Part shown: positions 62,131-64,000 of the stretch, one piece after another
Layout: each line of letters opens with the position of its first letter
Numbering within the stretch: position 1 is the stretch's first letter
Assembly (NCBI GenBank): GCA_963815455.1
Contig: CAWFGO010000002.1
Location: forward strand, 256,001 to 320,000
Source of the DNA: an uncultured Verrucomicrobiae bacterium
GTDB lineage: Bacteria; Verrucomicrobiota; Verrucomicrobiia; Chthoniobacterales; UBA10450
Direction of reading: 5' to 3'
DNA length: 64,000 bases
Position numbers and translations under genes: made by a program
Notes under the pieces: generated by a model
What the model was told of the DNA's origin: nothing
Database searches by the model: none
Seen by the model: the letters and a program-made list of their open reading frames with translations, nothing else

Positions 62131-63477
62131 ATGAAAACCCCGTTTGTGCTAACTCTCCTCCTGGCCAGCTCATGGTCGATTATCGCGTTTGCCCAGCAAA
62201 CGCCACAATCGCTGGCTGACTCCGAACTGCCGTCGTTGCTCACGATTTACAAGGACGTTCACAGCCATCCCGAATTATCAACCCAAGAGGAACGCACATC
62301 AGCAATGGTGGCGAAGGAATTGAAAGCCGCCGGCTGCCAAGTGACCGACCACATCGGCAAATACGAAAATCCCCAGCAGAAAGGATACGGTGTGGTCGGC
62401 GTGATGAAGAATGGCGACGGGCCGGTCGTGCTCGTCCGCACAGACATGGATGCGTTGCCCGTCCTGGAAGAAACCGGCTTGCCTTACGCCAGCACGGTGA
62501 CGACAAAAAACGAACAAGGGCGAAGAAGTGCACGTGATGCACGCCTGCGGTCACGACGTTCACATCGCGACGTTTATCGGCGTGGCCCGCGCGATGTCGA
62601 AAGCTGAAAGACAAATGGCACGGCACAATCGTGTTCGTTGCGCAGCCGGCTGAAGAACTCGGCGACCGGCGCTCGAGCAATGTTGAAGGCCGGGCTTTAC
62701 ACACGTTTTCCAAAACCGAATTATGCCCTCGGTTTTCACGACAACGCGCAAATGGAAACGAACCATATCGGTGTTACCCCGGCTACACTTACGCCAATGT
62801 CGATTCTGTCGATGTCACTGTGCACGGCTCGGCGGTCACGGCGCATATCCTCACCAGACAAAAGATCCAATCGTCCTCTCGGCAGAAATCATCAACGCCT
62901 GGCAAACGATCGCTTCACGCGAAATCAATCCGGTCGATCCGGTCGTAGTCACGGTCGGCTCGATTCACGGCGGGACGAAACACAACATCATTCCTAACGA
63001 AGTCAAAATGCAGCTCACGGTGCGCACTTATAAAGCCGATGTCCGCGAAAGAGTTCTGGATGCGATCGATCACATCGCCAAGAATTGTGCCAAGGCCGGC
63101 GGCTGGCCCAGGATAAATTGCCGGATGTTCACGTTCGCAAAGATGAGTTCACGCCATCGACTTACAACAATCCTGAGCTGACCCAGCGTCTCGTCGGCGT
63201 TTGGAAAAAAGCGTTAGGCGATCAGAATGTGGAGATTGTCGATCCAACAATGGGCGGCGAAGATTTCTCCGAATTTAGCCTGCCCGATCATTCGATTCCC
63301 GCGGTTGATTTTCATGTCGGCGCGGTCGCTCCCGAAAAGATCGCCGCCTCGAAGAAGCCAGGCGCCGAGCCGCTCCCGAGCTTGCACTCAAGCAAGTTCG
63401 CGCCAGTCCCCGAACCGACGATCCGAACCGGCATCATCGGAATGACCAGCGCGGTGCTGGAGTTGATGAAGAAATAG
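62131..63477 (+). CDS. M20 family amidohydrolase with signal peptide; about five frameshifts
   Basis: HPELS, RTDMDALP, MHACGHDVH, QPAEE, GGHGAYPH, GGTKHNIIP, GGEDF, LHSS across frames. Confidence 0.88.
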
Positions 63478-63490
63478 CGATTAGAAGATC

Positions 63491-63573
63491 GTCATCCCGA
63501 GGGTAGTCGATGGATCGCGCGGCATTACCTCAAAACTTTGCAACGCGGATCCCTCGACTTCGCTCGGGATGAC
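63491..63573. repeat. GTCATCC palindromic element between convergent genes
   Basis: GTCATCCCGAG...CTCGGGATGAC. Confidence 0.88.
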
Positions 63574-63589
63574 CGCGGGGAGGTGCTTA

Positions 63590-64000
63590 TTACTTCACCC
63601 GGATGTTCTTCCGCAGAAACGTCGGCACATCGAGGTCCTGGCCTTCCACAATCGTCGGCTCGCTTTTTTCGAAGCGCCCGCGCGTGACCGGCTCGAATTG
63701 CAAAACTTCCTGTTTCGCCTGGACAAATTTCTTCTTCACCGGTTTCGCCTCAGGTTCTGGAACCGGTTTGTTCTTCGGCAGATCAGGCGCGGCTCAGGCG
63801 TTCTTAATGACCGCTGGTGGCGGCGCGACTTCTTCAATCGGCGCCGGTTGTTCAAATGGAATGAGATCGACGGGCGGCGAGGTTTCAGTCACGACCGGCT
63901 CGGGCAAGAATCTCGATCGTGGCATCGGCATCTTGCCGATGGTCTTGGGCACATCGGCTGGAAGCCGATGCCACTTCTTCTGGTGCCGGCGGCGGCGGAG
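63590..64000 (-). CDS. ftsZ: Cell division protein FtsZ, C-terminal linker and tail (partial)
   Basis: Manual translation: Pro/Glu-rich linker then RGRFEKSEPTIVEGQDLDVPTFLRKNIRVK*, matching the FtsZ D(I/V)P.FL tail. Confidence 0.75.

Noticed and set aside
19128..63573. Dispersed repeats as CRISPR units or autonomous IS elements
   Set aside because: They are scattered, palindromic, under 150 bp and encode no transposase.

Overview
A GC-rich bacterial chromosomal segment. The gene content (duplicated-permease ABC protein, vWA protein, PEP-CTERM protein, delta-60/dockerin-like surface protein, FtsZ-type tail) suggests a soil Verrucomicrobiota of the Chthoniobacterales type; this is inference only. 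It is mostly housekeeping and envelope genes: rfbB, two GT-C-like membrane glycosyltransferases, a FabZ-like protein, tRNA-Leu(GAG), amn, a TetR-MFP-RND efflux operon, tilS, gltX, glnS, aroE, nadA, recO, pxpBCA, rsmE, yajQ, hpt, hicBA, a family B DNA polymerase, an M20 amidohydrolase and the ftsZ 3' end. Four large modular secreted proteins are also present. I saw no CRISPR array, prophage or transposase. Main observations: (1) at least five families of small palindromic elements that nest in one another and sit in frame inside protein-coding genes, with an empty-site/filled-site pair visible in the window; (2) a 5-kb cluster of three 3D-domain and two CHAP/NlpC-like secreted cell-wall hydrolase paralogues with long leaders; (3) a PolB with intact polymerase motifs but all three proofreading motifs degenerate; (4) an orphan double-glycine-leader peptide. 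Single-base frameshifts rise sharply in the right half and are most likely long-read errors. All family assignments come from recognising motifs by eye, not from database searches.
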